Source: Nocardioidaceae bacterium (GTDB taxonomy: Bacteria > Actinomycetota > Actinomycetes > Propionibacteriales > Nocardioidaceae). From it: DNA of 64,000 nucleotides. Positions 27,925-37,485 of the stretch are shown one piece after another. The translations under genes and the position numbers were made by a program. Every line of letters begins with the position of its first letter. Positions within the stretch are counted from its first letter, which is position 1. The notes beneath the pieces are model-generated. The model had not been told where the DNA came from. It worked only from the letters and a program-made list of their open reading frames with translations, and made no database searches. The stretch covers positions 199,895-263,894 of the forward strand of contig JAUJOO010000002.1 in NCBI GenBank assembly GCA_030447585.1. Direction: 5' to 3'.

Positions 27925-28434
27925 GTCGCCATCTCCTCTGCTTTCCGTTCGCTCTCTCGTCGCCGCTGAAGCAACGAGGCGGAGAATCCGCTCCTCAGCC
28001 CTTCTCCCGCCGTTAACCGACATCCGACAGGTCTGGTGCGTTCAGGGCGGCGAAGGGCCACACAAGCAAGCACCTCATCTTGATGGTGCCGACGCTCAAC
28101 AGCTTCACCGTCCGCAGAACCCTCTTCAGACATCTCAGCCACTCTCCGTCGCTGTCTCCAGCCGCTTAGGTCCCTTCACCCCTTCCACACGCAGGCAGTG
28201 CTAGTTAGACAGGTCAGCCCTGCGAGGGAAGAAAATGCGTTCCGCTGACGTTGAAGTTGAAGGCCGGGGATCGCCAGAACTACGCCGAAGAAGAATTTGC
28301 GGTTGGTCGCTGCATCGGAGAGGTGCCGACGGCCGGTTCCGGTATCCCAGACACAACGAGCGGACGATGTGTCAGCGACTCAAAGCGGTCGAACGGCTCA
28401 CAGCCGGCACGGCACTCGAGATGACGCGCGCTCG

Positions 28435-29199
28435 CTAGCCAACGACCGCCAGTGCCTCGGAGTAGATCGCCTCCAAGACCTTGCCGGTGAGCGCGCTGAA
28501 TTCGGGGGATGCGGCCAACGAGTGGTCGCGCGGCCGCGGGAGGTCGACGCGGAACTCGGCCTTGACGTGCCCGGGACGATTCGACATCACCACGACGCGG
28601 TCAGAGACGAAGACCGCCTCTTGGACGTCGTGCGTGATGAATACGACCGTCAGCTTGTGCTGTTCCCAGACGTTGGTGAGGAGTTCTTGCATCACCCGAC
28701 GTGTGAGCGCGTCGAGTGCTCCGAAGGGCTCGTCCATCAACAAGACCTCGGGTCGATAGGCCAAGGAACGCGCAATGGCTACGCGCTGCTTCATGCCGCC
28801 CGACAAGGCCACCGGATACGAATCCGCGAAGTCGGTGAGGCCCACCAAGGCAAGCTGTTTCCGGGCGCGGTCGGCCCGCTCCTTGGCGCTGAGCGAGCCG
28901 TCGCGCAGGGCGAACTCGACATTCTGTTGGCATGTCAGCCAAGGCAGGAGGGAGTGGCTCTGGAACACAACGCCCCGGTCTCGGCCCGGCCCGATGATGT
29001 CCTGGCCATCCAAGGTGACGGAGCCGGAGGTAGCGCTTTCCAGGCCGGCGAGAATCGACAGGAGAGTGCTCTTCCCGCAACCTGACGTCCCGACGATGGA
29101 GAGAAACTCGTTGGGGGCGACGTCAAGGTTGAAGTCTTCAAGCGCGACGAGAGCACCAAAGTGCTTGTCCAACTTCTCGACGTGGATCTTGCTCGTCAC
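28435..29199 (-). CDS. ABC transporter ATP-binding protein, NitT/TauT (nitrate/sulfonate/taurine-type) family
   Basis: Walker A GTSGCGKST, signature LSGGMKQRVAIARSL, Walker B VLLMDEPFGALD. The GTG at 29199 overlaps the permease stop (GTGA). Confidence 0.9.
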   Translation of the reverse strand: MTSKIHVEKLDKHFGALVALEDFNLDVAPNEFLSIVGTSGCGKSTLLSILAGLESATSGSVTLDGQDIIGPGRDRGVVFQSHSLLPWLTCQQNVEFALRDGSLSAKERADRARKQLALVGLTDFADSYPVALSGGMKQRVAIARSLAYRPEVLLMDEPFGALDALTRRVMQELLTNVWEQHKLTVVFITHDVQEAVFVSDRVVVMSNRPGHVKAEFRVDLPRPRDHSLAASPEFSALTGKVLEAIYSEALAVVG

Positions 29200-30014
29200 G
29201 ATGACCCCTCCTGGTAGCGGAACATCCTGCGACCGGCCGCCTTCATCACCTGATCCGAGATGAGGCCGAGGAGACCCAGGATGATGACGTAGCCGATAAT
29301 GATGTCGGTGTTGAAGTAACGCTGGCTGACCGTGATCCGGTACCCGAGTCCTGAGGACGCTGCGACCAGCTCGGCGAGCACCAGCCACGTCCAGGCCCAG
29401 CCGAGGGAGATCCGCAGGGCGTCCCAGATTCCCGGCGCCGACGCAGGCAGGACGATCCTGCGGAGGATCGTCACGTCGCTGAATCCGAGCGTGCGTCCCA
29501 GGTTGACGAAGTCTTTGGGGACTCGCTTGGACGCGTCCATGACGAGGAGGACCTGCTGGAAGAAGGTTCCCAGCCAGATGATGAGGAATTTCTGCGGGTC
29601 ATCGGTGCCCACCCAGAGGATGCTCAGCGGCACAAAAGCGACGACTGGCATGTAGCGGATGAAGTCCACCAACGGTTCGATCGCCGCTTCCCATACCCGA
29701 AACGACCCCATCAGTATCCCGAGCGGAACAGCCATGGCCGTTGCGATGGCATACCCCACGGCGATTCGGTAGATGCTCACGGAGAGATCAGATGCGAGCT
29801 GTCCGTTCTGCCCCTGTTCGATCAGGCTGCTCCCAACCGCCCAAGGAGAGGGCAGGAACAGTGGGTCAACGAATCCCGTCGAGGTCACCACGGCCCACGC
29901 GACCAGAAGCATGACGAAGGTCCCGGTTGCGATCAGCACGAAGGCCCGCCTCGTGAGCGTGCCCCCGATCCGTACCCGGCTGGGTGCGGATCGGGGGCGG
30001 GCAAGCGTGCTCAC
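29196..30014 (-). CDS. ABC transporter permease, NitT/TauT family
   Basis: 272 aa, about six TM segments. EAA-like loop: ..GRTLGFSDVTILRRIVLPASAPGIWDALRISLGWAW. The GTG at 30014 overlaps the binding-protein stop. Confidence 0.85.
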   Translation of the reverse strand: MSTLARPRSAPSRVRIGGTLTRRAFVLIATGTFVMLLVAWAVVTSTGFVDPLFLPSPWAVGSSLIEQGQNGQLASDLSVSIYRIAVGYAIATAMAVPLGILMGSFRVWEAAIEPLVDFIRYMPVVAFVPLSILWVGTDDPQKFLIIWLGTFFQQVLLVMDASKRVPKDFVNLGRTLGFSDVTILRRIVLPASAPGIWDALRISLGWAWTWLVLAELVAASSGLGYRITVSQRYFNTDIIIGYVIILGLLGLISDQVMKAAGRRMFRYQEGSS

Positions 30015-31018
30015 TCAGAACCAGACCCTTCGACGAAGGACGCGTCGATCACATTGTCCACCTCAAGCTCTCCGGTCAAGACCCCAGCATGCACGGCCGC
30101 CTCCTTGACCATCGGCAGGACGGTGTCAGCGAAGTCCCCTGTCAGCTGCTCGCGGTTCTCATCGGCGCCGTAGAACTCGACCCCGTCGAACGCGGAGATC
30201 AGGTCCTCACGCTTGGACCCGACGCCGGTGCTGATGATCTCTTGGCCGGACTCGGTGTCGGACTGGTAGTAGGCGACGGAGTCCATCCACGTGTCGACCA
30301 CGGCCTGGACTGTGTCGGGGGCTTCCTCGATCAGGTCGTTCCGCACGACCAGCACATCGCTGATGATGCCCGGGTCCTCGGCTGCTGTGTAGATGAGCTC
30401 CACGCCGTTGCCGGCCTTCAGCGCCTCGCTGAGGTACGGCTCGTAGGTGACAGCGACCTGCGTGCGGCCCGCCAGCAGTGCACCACCGGCGTCCGATGCT
30501 GGCAGCGGCACCTTGGTGATGTCGTCGATCGTCATGCCTTCCTTTGCCAACGCGGACTGCAGGAGGATGTCACTGGTGGTGCCCTCTTCGTAGGCGACCT
30601 TCTGGCCTTCCAGCTCCGAGACTTGCGTCAGACCAATCGCCGCGATCGCATCTGCTGTCGTCGAAACGTCCTGAACAAGCACGATGGAGATTTCGACCCC
30701 AGCCTCGATGAGCTTCAGCGCCGTATGGGTCGCGACGTTCGCCGCGTCAAGCTTGCCTCCCGCGAGGGCGGCCGTCACCTCAGCGTCGGTGCTGAAGTTC
30801 GTCAGTTCCACGGTGATGCCGTGGTCGTCGTCGAAGCCTTGGTCCTGGGCGATGTACCAGGGCCCGTATCCAAGCCACGGCTGGGTGCCGATCGTGAACG
30901 TGGAGTCAGCGTTCGCTTCCGACTCCCCCTCGCCCGAGCAGCCCGCAAGCGCGATGCTGGCTGCCAGGACGGCGGCAAGCGCGACAAGCCGACGGGTCCG
31001 CGTTGTTGGTGTTGCCAT
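30011..31018 (-). CDS. ABC substrate-binding lipoprotein, NMT1/THI5-like (NitT/TauT family)
   Basis: The ATG at 31018 follows GGAAAGGA. Lipobox: LAASIALAGCSG. Also ..FTIGTQPWLGYGPWYIAQDQGF.. Confidence 0.8.
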   Translation of the reverse strand: MATPTTRTRRLVALAAVLAASIALAGCSGEGESEANADSTFTIGTQPWLGYGPWYIAQDQGFDDDHGITVELTNFSTDAEVTAALAGGKLDAANVATHTALKLIEAGVEISIVLVQDVSTTADAIAAIGLTQVSELEGQKVAYEEGTTSDILLQSALAKEGMTIDDITKVPLPASDAGGALLAGRTQVAVTYEPYLSEALKAGNGVELIYTAAEDPGIISDVLVVRNDLIEEAPDTVQAVVDTWMDSVAYYQSDTESGQEIISTGVGSKREDLISAFDGVEFYGADENREQLTGDFADTVLPMVKEAAVHAGVLTGELEVDNVIDASFVEGSGSE

Positions 31019-31062
31019 TGTGAGGTGTCCTTTCCGGTTGGTGAAGTGGCCCCCGAGGGGTG

Positions 31063-32091
31063 CTAGGAGCATGCGGATCCGACCCGTCCCGCGAGCAAGG
31101 CGAGGGCGTTGCCGGCTAGTTGGGCGCGCACATCGTCGGGTGGCACGCCTGCTGCGGACAGGAGTCCAGGCAGGTGGTCCGGAATGTGAGCGAACCCGGG
31201 GCCACCAAACGCCGCCAGTTGCGACTTGGTGCAAATGTCCTGAGAGTGCACCAGACGGTTCCCGTAACCGTCCGCGATCAGGGCCGCGGTCGCGGTGGCT
31301 CGCTCGAGGTCAGTCGGCATTCCCGCACCCCCGTACTCGTCCTCGTCTCCCCAAACGTCGAACGCGATCACGCATCCTCGCGCTAAGACGGACCGAACGA
31401 GGTCCAAACCGCTGCTTACCGAGACGTCCAGATGGCACAGGACGGTCGTCGAAAGGTCGCCACCAGCAGCCTCGACGATGTCCAGGGCCGCATGTCCTTG
31501 CGGACGCCATGGGTCGAGGTGCACGTACATCGGGACCCCACCGAGTCGCCGTTGTGCCCGCGCCGCTCCCGTGAGGGAACGGCGCTCCGCCGGCGTGATC
31601 GGGGCACTTGTTCCGATCTCGCCGATAACGGCGGCGGGCCGAGGATCGCAGAACCGTCGCAGAATGTGACCCGCGAAGTCGTCAATGGTCCATCCGTGCA
31701 GTTCTGCGGGCCAAGCGGCCTCGATGTAGGACCCGCATCCGGTGACGATGTCAACGCCAGCCGCCCTGCTCACGCGGGCCAACCGCGCCGGCCGGCGGCC
31801 GATGAAGTCGGGCGTCACGTCGACGATGAGGGCTCGATGGCCGCCCAACCGCTCCAACTCCGCAAGGATCTGGGTCTCGTCGTCTAGGAGCAGGTTGTCT
31901 CGGCAGGCGAACGGGTTCTTGCGGATACTGGAAATGGTTTCCGGTCCAACCTGCGCGTCGCGCAGGGTCTCGTGCGAGGCGTCGGATGTGTCGAGCCAGC
32001 ACGTCAGATCGATGAACAGATGTTCGTGCGCGAGCACGACGTCGTAGTCAGGCGCCAGTTCGCGACCGTCAACCGTCCATGGTGTCGGCAT
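31063..32091 (-). CDS. phosphotriesterase-family (PTE/PHP, amidohydrolase superfamily) protein
   Basis: VVLAHEHLFIDL (HxH metal site), ..VIGEIGTS.., ..VHLD.., ..LVHSQDICTK.. 342 aa. Confidence 0.8.
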   Translation of the reverse strand: MPTPWTVDGRELAPDYDVVLAHEHLFIDLTCWLDTSDASHETLRDAQVGPETISSIRKNPFACRDNLLLDDETQILAELERLGGHRALIVDVTPDFIGRRPARLARVSRAAGVDIVTGCGSYIEAAWPAELHGWTIDDFAGHILRRFCDPRPAAVIGEIGTSAPITPAERRSLTGAARAQRRLGGVPMYVHLDPWRPQGHAALDIVEAAGGDLSTTVLCHLDVSVSSGLDLVRSVLARGCVIAFDVWGDEDEYGGAGMPTDLERATATAALIADGYGNRLVHSQDICTKSQLAAFGGPGFAHIPDHLPGLLSAAGVPPDDVRAQLAGNALALLAGRVGSACS

Positions 32092-32097
32092 GGCACT

Positions 32098-33411
32098 CTA
32101 GCCGGCGTCCGCGAGCCGCAGTCGAACCGCTTCCCCGTGGGCTGGCAGGTCCTCTGCCTCGGCAAGCGCCATAACTGACGGCCCGATCGCCTGCAGAGCC
32201 GCCGCTTGGTAGTTCACAACGTACACGCAACGCAGGAAGGTCTGGACCGATAGTCCGCCCGTGTGTGCCGCTCCCGCGGTAGTCGGAAGAACGTGATTCG
32301 AGCCCGCGCAGTAGTCCCCCAGCGACACCGGCGAGTGCGCACCGACGAAGATCGCTCCGGCGCTGCGGACCTCCGCCGCCACGCGCTCCGCATCAGCAAG
32401 GTGGATCTCCAGGTGCTCTGCAGCGTATGCGTTGACCAGTTCCAAGGCCTTGGCCTCATCTTCAACGATCAGGATGACCGACTGCTGACCCGCGAGCGCC
32501 TCACGTACGCGCTCCTTGTGTCGCGTTTCAGCCCACTGCTTTGCGACATGCTCAAGTACCTCGCTCGCGAGGGAGGTACTTGTCGTGACCACGACCGCCG
32601 CTGCCATCGGGTCATGCTCGGCCTGGCTGATGAGGTCGGCGGCTACCCACGCCGGGTTGGCAGTCTCGTCGGCGAGGATCAGCACCTCCGTTGGACCCGC
32701 CTCGGAGTCGGTGCCGATCGTTCCGCGGAGCTCTCGCTTGGCTGCGGTGACCCAGATGTTGCCTGGGCCTGTGACCATGTCGACCTTTCGACAGATAACA
32801 CCTGATTCGTCGCTGACTCCGTAGCCGAACATGGCGATGGCTTGCGCCCCACCTGCCGCATATACCTCTTCGATGCCCAGCAGGGCGGCGGTGGCAAGGA
32901 TGACCGGATGGGGTAGCCCATCGTGGTCCTTCTGCGGCGGAGACGCGATCGCGATCGAGTTGACCCCCGCTTCAAGCGCGGGTACCACGTTCATGATCAC
33001 CGAACTCGGGTACACGGCTCGGCCCCCGGGAATGTATAGCCCCACCCGGTCGACCGGGAGCCATCGAGTGGTGACGACCGCGCCATCGTCAAGTTCGGTC
33101 CGGACGTCGCGGCGACGCTGCGCCCCGTGGACGAGCTGCACCCGCTCCACCGCCGCCTCGAGAGCCGCCCGAACCACCGGCTCGAGCGCCTCGAGGGCCG
33201 TACGCAAAGCCTTCGCCGTGACACGCAACTGCCGAGGCCGGATCCCGTCGAACTTCTCCGACGCCTCGAGGACGGCCGCCACTCCGCGTCCTCGGACATC
33301 TTCCAACAGTGGGCGAATCATGGCTGCTGCCTCTTCGACGTTCATGCCTCCCCGAGGAACGACTGTGGCGGCGTCGTACTCGGAATTGCGCAGGTCTTCG
33401 ACGCGAATCAT
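32098..33411 (-). CDS. histidinol dehydrogenase family protein (HisD paralogue in a catabolic-looking operon)
   Basis: LISQAEHDPMAAAVVVT, GAHSPVSLGDYCAGSNHVLPT, GLSVQTFL. GGAGG lies 5 nt before the ATG at 33411, and a GTG at 33417 is also possible. No other his genes are nearby. Confidence 0.8.
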   Translation of the reverse strand: MIRVEDLRNSEYDAATVVPRGGMNVEEAAAMIRPLLEDVRGRGVAAVLEASEKFDGIRPRQLRVTAKALRTALEALEPVVRAALEAAVERVQLVHGAQRRRDVRTELDDGAVVTTRWLPVDRVGLYIPGGRAVYPSSVIMNVVPALEAGVNSIAIASPPQKDHDGLPHPVILATAALLGIEEVYAAGGAQAIAMFGYGVSDESGVICRKVDMVTGPGNIWVTAAKRELRGTIGTDSEAGPTEVLILADETANPAWVAADLISQAEHDPMAAAVVVTTSTSLASEVLEHVAKQWAETRHKERVREALAGQQSVILIVEDEAKALELVNAYAAEHLEIHLADAERVAAEVRSAGAIFVGAHSPVSLGDYCAGSNHVLPTTAGAAHTGGLSVQTFLRCVYVVNYQAAALQAIGPSVMALAEAEDLPAHGEAVRLRLADAG

Positions 33412-33440
33412 CGGCACCTCCGGGGAGTTGGGCCAGCATG

Positions 33441-33480
33441 CTAAACATTTGTTCAGGCGCTACTCTAAACACATGTTTAG
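33441..33480. promoter_or_regulatory. two operator-like palindromes in the hisD-like/tetR divergent region
   Basis: ctaaaca-tt-tgttcag (33441-33456, one mismatch) and ctaaaca-ca-tgtttag (33465-33480, perfect 7-2-7). They lie between the divergent starts at 33411 and 33580. Confidence 0.5.
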
Positions 33481-33579
33481 TCACCCGCGCAAGACTCTTC
33501 CGAGAGGTTCCACTGGGACCTGTTCAGGGCCCCTTAAAGCCACCATCGCGACCGCCGCGGTGAAGGGTCTCTGAGCAGC

Positions 33580-34185
33580 GTGGCGACCAAGCGCTCCGAC
33601 ATCAGTCGACGTTCGCTCGTAGCAGCAGCGAGTGACGTGATCAGCGACCGCGGAATCCAAGGCGTCCGAGTGCGGGAGATCGCCGCGAAAGCGGGGCTGA
33701 GCCCGGCTGCGGTTCTGTATCACTATCCCGAGAACGGCGACTTGTTGCTGGCAGTGCATCAGGCAGTCGTAGAGGATTACCTCGACCTGCGGCACAGCGC
33801 ACAGCAGGCCCACGCAGATCCAAGGGTCCGGCTCACGAGCGTGTTCAGATCAGGACTGCCCTCCCTCACGGAGTCAAAGGCCATCCGTTTGCTCTTCGAG
33901 TTGCACGGACTCGCCCGTCAGGATGCCGCGCATGCAGAGCTCATGACTCTGCTGTGGCAGCGCGAGATCGCCCTCTACGAAGAGATCATCACTGCAGGGC
34001 AGGAAGTGGATCTGTTCGCCCCTGCCCAAGGTGCGCACGAGGTGGCGACCGCACTGCTCGGCCTCGAGGATGGCCTGGCGCTGCACCTCACCAGCGACAA
34101 CCGGGCGCTGTCCGACGCGACGTGCCTGAACATCCTCCACTACGCGGCCGCTGAGTTGTTACGCTGCTCCCGCTGGGACAGTTAG
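33580..34185 (+). CDS. TetR/AcrR family transcriptional regulator
   Basis: HTH: RRSLVAAASDVISDRGIQGVRVREIAAKAGLSPAAVLYHYPENGDLL. Divergent from the ABC operon. Confidence 0.85.
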   Translation: MATKRSDISRRSLVAAASDVISDRGIQGVRVREIAAKAGLSPAAVLYHYPENGDLLLAVHQAVVEDYLDLRHSAQQAHADPRVRLTSVFRSGLPSLTESKAIRLLFELHGLARQDAAHAELMTLLWQREIALYEEIITAGQEVDLFAPAQGAHEVATALLGLEDGLALHLTSDNRALSDATCLNILHYAAAELLRCSRWDS

Positions 34186-34492
34186 CCAGTACCGTGTCGA
34201 GGTGCTCTACGAGGTCATCACCACGCCCGAACATCTGCGGTAATGTTGGCCGGATGAGGCGGAGCTCCTGCCGGCGCGGGCGCCACCGACGTACCTCGAC
34301 GCCTTAGACAGGACCCGCAACCAACACGAGACGCCGGGAGCGAAGAGCACTCCGACACCGGCCCACCCAAGCACAACGGCGACGACTCCTAGGACCTCGA
34401 GGCGCCACTCGACGTAGCCCATTTCGCCCACAAAGACGCACCCGCTGACAACATGTACGACGCCCCGGTGGGGCGCTCAGCCCCTTACCCAA

Positions 34493-34600
34493 ATGAGTTC
34501 TTGACGCGCGCGATGGAGGACACGGTGCGCAAAGTTTCCCTCGTGGATGAGTTCTTGACGCGCGCGATGGAGGACACGGTGCGCAAAGTTTCCCTCGTGG
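34493..34600 (+). repeat. perfect 54-bp tandem duplication
   Basis: atgagttcttgacgcgcgcgatggaggacacggtgcgcaaagtttccctcgtgg occurs at 34493-34546 and again at 34547-34600 with no mismatch. Confidence 0.95.
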
Positions 34601-34792
34601 CACACACGGGCGTCCGAACGAAGGCCAGAAGACGGCCACAGTGCAGAAGGGCACGTGTGGTTCAAGACCTTGCGAAAGGGCCGTGAAAAGGCCAGACGCG
34701 GAGACCCGCCCCTACCCGACGGTGATGTGCGTTCTCGGACAAAACGGGGGGTATTCCCCTGACACCTGACCGTCCGGCGGATAGTTTGCACC

Positions 34793-36034
34793 ATGGACAC
34801 ACTTCCCCGTGGCGTGGCGGACAACGGCCAGTCGATGTCTCCTGACCAAACGCCGGATGATGGCCGGCTGGAGCGACGTGCGATCTTGCGGGCTGCGGCA
34901 ATGGGCGCAGCGGCGCTTGCGTTGCCCTTCACGACGTGGTCGGAGGCGTACGCTGCGCCGGCGCAAGCCGTCAAGAGTCCTTACGGGCCGCTGCTGCCGG
35001 CCGACGCTAACGGCGTGCAGCTGCCCGCTGGTTTCACCAGCGCGGTGGTCGCGCGATCCGGCATGCTGGTGCCCGGCACGTCCTACAGATGGCACTCGGC
35101 GCCGGACGGCGGTGCCGTCTTCGGAAACGGCAGCGGTGGGTGGGTCTACGTGTCCAACTCCGAGATGAGTCCCAGCGCCGGAGGCGGTGCATCGCGGATC
35201 GTGTTCGACTCCACGGGCACCGCGGTCTCGGCGAATCGAATACTTGGCGGCACGAGGCGCAACTGCGCCGGGGGAAAGACCCCGTGGAACAGCTGGCTGT
35301 CGTGTGAGGAAGTCGGTCGCGGCCGCGTGTGGGAGACATACCCCCTGACGGGCGCGGCAGCGGTCAGGCGACTGGCGATGGGGCGGTTCAAGCACGAGGC
35401 GGCCGCAGCGGACCCGGTGCGCCGGGTCATCTACCTGACTGAGGACGAGCCAGACGGCCGCTTCTACCGCTTCGTCCCCACCACCTGGGGCAACCTATCC
35501 CGCGGAAAGCTGCAGGTCTTGCGCGCAGGCACACGAACGTCCGGCACCTTCAGTTGGGCGAACGTGCCCGATCCGGAGGGGTCCCCCACGCCCACCCGCT
35601 TCCAGGTGTCGGGGGCGAAAGCCTTCAATGGCGGGGAGGGTTGCTGGTACGCGAATGGCACGGTCTGGTTCACCACCAAGGGCGACGGGCGGATCTGGCA
35701 GGTGAACCTAGCCGCGGGAACGTACGAGCTGGCCTACGACGACGGGCTGGTCAACCCTGCACCGGCGCCGCTGACCAACGTCGACAACATCACTGGGGCC
35801 GCCAACGGCGACTTGTTCGTCGCCGAGGACGGCGGCAACATGGAGATCTGTATCATCACCCCAGATGACAAGGTGTTCTCGTTCTTGCGGCTGGTCGGCC
35901 ACGACGCGTCCGAGATCACCGGTCCGGCCTTCAACCCGGCTGGCAACCGGCTCTACTTCTCCTCTCAGCGCGGGACCGCAGGAGTCTCCACATCTGGCGT
36001 CACGTTCTGTGTCACAGGGCCCTTCCGCTCCTGA
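34793..36034 (+). CDS. Tat-exported PhoX/DUF839-family phosphatase-like beta-propeller protein
   Basis: Twin-arginine signal: LERRAILRAAAMGAAALALP. Family motif: RNCAGGKTPWNSWLSCEE. Also FKHEAAA, VIYLTEDEPDGRFYRF, FNPAGNRLYFSSQ. Confidence 0.8.
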   Translation: MDTLPRGVADNGQSMSPDQTPDDGRLERRAILRAAAMGAAALALPFTTWSEAYAAPAQAVKSPYGPLLPADANGVQLPAGFTSAVVARSGMLVPGTSYRWHSAPDGGAVFGNGSGGWVYVSNSEMSPSAGGGASRIVFDSTGTAVSANRILGGTRRNCAGGKTPWNSWLSCEEVGRGRVWETYPLTGAAAVRRLAMGRFKHEAAAADPVRRVIYLTEDEPDGRFYRFVPTTWGNLSRGKLQVLRAGTRTSGTFSWANVPDPEGSPTPTRFQVSGAKAFNGGEGCWYANGTVWFTTKGDGRIWQVNLAAGTYELAYDDGLVNPAPAPLTNVDNITGAANGDLFVAEDGGNMEICIITPDDKVFSFLRLVGHDASEITGPAFNPAGNRLYFSSQRGTAGVSTSGVTFCVTGPFRS

Positions 36035-36189
36035 TCTAGGTGTGATGCCCAGGCAGGATTGTTCAGCCTGGCGACTGGTAAGCACTTTCCGATTGGGCAA
36101 TGGGACCAAAACCGCGAGCTTCCCTGTAGCCCTCGACGAAGGCGGTAAGCGCCTCGACGGCCGCTGGCCCCGTGACTGCGCTAGGCGGC

Positions 36190-36589
36190 AACGGCTGCGG
36201 ACCGTCGGCGCCTACCACGCGTCCAAGTGGGCTTTGGAGGGGCTGTCACAGTCGCTCGCTCAAGAGGTCGCCGGTTTCGGGATTCACATCACCTTGATCG
36301 AGCCGGGCGGGTACTCCACCGACTGGTCCGGCCCATCCGCAGTACACAGCGACGAAAACCCGGCCTACGCCGACGTCCGCGAGGCCGCCAAAAACCGTCC
36401 ATCGGCCGCGACCCCGGCGACCCCCCGCGCCACCCGTCAGCCGATCCTGAAGGTCGTCGACGCCGACGAGCCGCCGCTGCGAGTGTTCTTCGGCGAGCGC
36501 CGCTGGGCATAGCAACCGAGGACTACGAGTCCCGACTCGCCACCTGGAACGAGTGGCAGTCGGTCTCCCTGCAGGCGCAGGGCTCCTAA
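36190..36589 (+). pseudogene. short-chain dehydrogenase/reductase C-terminal fragment, frameshifted
   Basis: GAYHASKWALEGLSQSLAQEVAGFGIHITLIEPGGYSTDW carries the YxxxK active-site region. No Rossmann N-terminus is present. The C-terminus continues in another frame (..LGIATEDYESRLATWNEWQSVSLQAQGS). Confidence 0.55.
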
Positions 36590-36639
36590 CAGTATGACGA
36601 TCCGCTTGCGGTGCCCGCACACGCCGAGATCCTTCGCTG

Positions 36640-37433
36640 TTGCTCGTGCACGGTCTGGGCGCAGGGTGGCGATCTTGGACCCCGATTATCGAGCAACTGG
36701 CGGAGCGCCGTGAGGTGATCGCTGTCGACCTACCGGGGTTCGGCGAAACGCCACCTTTGACCGGCGAGGTCTCGATCGCCACCCTGACCGACTCCGTCGC
36801 GGACTTCATCCGCGAACAGGGGCTGGACGGGGTCGCCACTGTCGGCCAATCGATGGGCGGCCGAATGGTGCTCGAGCTCGCGCGGCGGGGAGTCGGCGGC
36901 GACACCGTGGCTTTAGACCCAGGCGGCTTTTGGAGCGACCGCGAGCTCTTCGTCTTCGGTGCCACGCTGCGGCCGTCGATTACTCTGGTCCGGGCGCTGG
37001 GCGGCATGTTGCCGTCACTGCTCGGCAGCCCCGCGGGAAGGACCTTGCTGTTGGCGCAGTTATCGGCGCGGCCCTGGGCGCTCTCGCGCGAGACCGTGCT
37101 GCCGGACGTGCGCGGGCTGGCCGACGCCCCGGCGACTGGCGCCGCCAGGGTGCTGTACGGTCGCATCTCTTCCATTCCGCGCCATGGACGCCCTGACCAA
37201 AGGGCCCATGCCCTCAGCAACTGTGGGGCGCCCCGGCAGGGAGCGCGCCGGTGCCCGGCCGGGTCACGATCGGTTGGGGGCGTCGTGACTTGGTGACTGT
37301 GCCGAGGCAGGCCGCACGTGCTACGGAGCTGTTCCCCGACGCGGTGCTGCACTGGTTCGAGCGGTGCGGTCATTTTCCACAATGGGACGCACCGCACGAA
37401 GCGACCCGACTGATCCTGGACAGCACCGATTGA
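36640..37433 (+). pseudogene. alpha/beta-fold hydrolase, frameshifted near its 3' third
   Basis: LVHGLGAGWRSWTPII, ATVGQSMGGRMVLELA (GxSxG nucleophile elbow). After about 37150 the frame is lost. The C-terminus resumes in ORF 37251..37433 (VTIGWGRRDLV..FERCGHFPQWDAPHE). Confidence 0.6.
37155..37184 (+). repeat. 30-nt direct repeat, copy 1 (inside the hydrolase pseudogene)
   Basis: gtacggtcgcatctcttccattccgcgcca. It is identical to 37486-37515. Confidence 0.95.
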
Positions 37434-37485
37434 GGCGGTTGCTCCGTCCAGCCGACGACAGCACCCGTCGCCGTAGGCGGATCCC

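Noticed and set aside
34207-34431. 74-aa reverse-strand ORF after the TetR gene
   Set aside because: It has a single hydrophobic stretch and an Arg/Ser-rich tail, with no RBS or homology signal. It is indistinguishable from a chance ORF.
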